From Dehalococcoidia bacterium (GTDB lineage Bacteria; Chloroflexota; Dehalococcoidia; Lucifugimonadales; GCA-2712585): 64,000 bases of DNA. Numbering within the stretch: the stretch's first letter is position 1; every line of letters starts with the position of its first letter. The notes beneath the pieces were generated by a model. That model had not been told where the DNA came from. It did not search any database and saw only the letters and a program-made list of their open reading frames with translations. The translations under genes and the position numbers were made by a program. Of the stretch, positions 63,360 through 64,000 are shown one piece after another. Location: assembly GCA_963665075.1 (NCBI GenBank), contig OY762063.1, positions 2,539,045 through 2,603,044 on the forward strand, given 5' to 3'.

Positions 63360-63660
63360 GGAGGAGATGGATTCCGGCTTTCGCCGGAATGACGGAAAGG
63401 GGGGCGAGGATGACGAGGGGGGCGCGACCCTTCGACGGGATCAGGGTGAGCGGGGGAATCGCCCTCACCCCAACCCTCTCCCATCTTGGGAGAGGGGGCA
63501 TGGGATCCCGCTTTCGCGGGAGCAAGGGGGGCAACCACAAGGGTTGCGCCTACGGAGAAGGAGAGGGGGACGCTCGACCCTTCGACAAGCTCAGGATGAG
63601 CGGAAGAGAGGCTCAGGGTGGACGGTAGAGGTAGGATAGGTTCAGGGTGAGCGGTGGGAT
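63360..63660. repeat. 300-bp mosaic array of at least 6 different short palindromic repeat modules
   Basis: Module B at 63368-63395; A at 63421-63455; ctctccc-atcttg-ggagag hairpin around 63474-63494; C at 63501-63527; gcaacc-acaa-gggttgc at 63530-63547; A at 63569-63602; then cagggtgagcgg fragments. Confidence 0.85.
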
Positions 63661-63666
63661 GGGTTT

Positions 63667-64000
63667 CTAGCAATCGCCTGCGGTGTATGCAGCGCGGCGT
63701 TCCATGAGCATTCCCTGTTCGCCCATCGAGGGGGGGATGCGTTGGGCGGATTGGTAGGCTGAGGGGACCGGGGGAAGGTCGAAGCCGTTGCCCTGTAACA
63801 TCTGGGCGATGGTGCGAATCTGGATTTTTGGATAGTCGCGGTTCCAGATTTGGGAGTGGAAGAGGCCGCCGCTGGCGGCCTCGGAGAGCATGGCCTTCGT
63901 CGGTTCTTTGAGGGTGATGAAGAGGCCCATCGCGGCCTTTTCGCGTTCGACCACGCCCTTCAAGTCGCGGATGAGGGGGACGGAAACTCGTCCGCCCTTG
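63667..64000 (-). CDS. 3' part of a gene running off the window; the tail resembles the conserved C-terminus of stand-alone DNA methyltransferase / Mrr-like proteins (tentative)
   Basis: ...KAAMGLFITLKEPTKAMLSEAASGGLF...YPKIQIRTIAQMLQGNGFDLPP. The frame is open to nt 64000. Confidence 0.4.
   Translation of the reverse strand, partial: KGGRVSVPLIRDLKGVVEREKAAMGLFITLKEPTKAMLSEAASGGLFHSQIWNRDYPKIQIRTIAQMLQGNGFDLPPVPSAYQSAQRIPPSMGEQGMLMERRAAYTAGDC

Noticed and set aside
61786-63540. A 584-aa minus-strand ORF across the CoA-transferase genes and the repeat array.
   Set aside because: It is antisense to two clearly recognisable CoA-transferase genes, has an Arg/Pro/His-rich composition, and runs into repeat modules.
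63360-63660. A possible CRISPR array, because of the dense short repeats (also considered for 9856-9968).
   Set aside because: The repeats are several different modules in both orientations. There are no constant-length unique spacers and no cas genes. This is REP/BIME-like sequence, not CRISPR.

Overview
This is a GC-rich bacterial chromosomal window, tightly packed, with about 53 protein genes and 2 tRNA-Ser genes. I found no rRNA, CRISPR array, IS element or prophage. Several features suggest a Chloroflexota-like organism, but this is an inference only: a DUF2298/'YYY'-type and GT-C membrane-protein pair, lipoproteins with long Pro/Thr/Ala linkers, and a family of short palindromic intergenic repeats.

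Gene content by region:
- 0.6-4.5 kb (+): aspS, tig, clpP.
- 4.6-14.3 kb (-): purN, a PHP phosphoesterase, xseB, xseA, efp, an Xaa-Pro peptidase, aroQ, a Xer-like recombinase, topA, dprA.
- 14.3-14.7 kb: two tRNA-Ser genes.
- 15-18.3 kb (+): dnaG, rpoD.
- 18.4-20.4 kb: a lipoprotein metallopeptidase.
- 21.3-26.5 kb (-): mutL, a HAD hydrolase, an ArsC-like gene, mutS.
- 27.3-33.1 kb (-): an NAD-type formate dehydrogenase operon (NuoE/NuoF/Mo-subunit homologues) plus a ferredoxin-NADP reductase.
- 33.2-40.5 kb (-): an envelope module of FAD oxidoreductase, flippase-like protein, GT-C glycosyltransferase and a DUF2298-type protein.
- 40.5-42.8 kb (-): ftsY, rnc and a DsbA-like gene.
- 42.9-63.4 kb: cca and a mixed catabolic region. 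It holds a quinone reductase, Gfo/Idh/MocA, RraA-like, nitroreductase, beta-lactamase-like, epimerase, MBL and amidohydrolase genes, two orphan family-5 substrate-binding proteins, and an M24/Ldh_2/MaoC/CoA-transferase operon.

Most notable observations:
1. Two thiol-oxidoreductase genes (ArsC/Spx-family and DsbA-family) are truncated in the ORF track. Each extends upstream through an in-frame TGA that sits exactly at the redox-Cys position, and each TGA is followed by a SECIS-like hairpin. They are probable selenoproteins.
2. A mosaic family of short palindromic repeats has been inserted in frame, as a 45-nt tandem, into the tyrosine recombinase gene. It also supplies the 3' tail of purN.
3. 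The syntenic efp gene has Gln instead of the canonical modified Lys/Arg at the loop tip.
4. One gene fuses two family-III CoA-transferase domains in tandem. By eye, both halves lack the catalytic Asp.

All family assignments come from reading the translated ORFs by eye. No searches were run.
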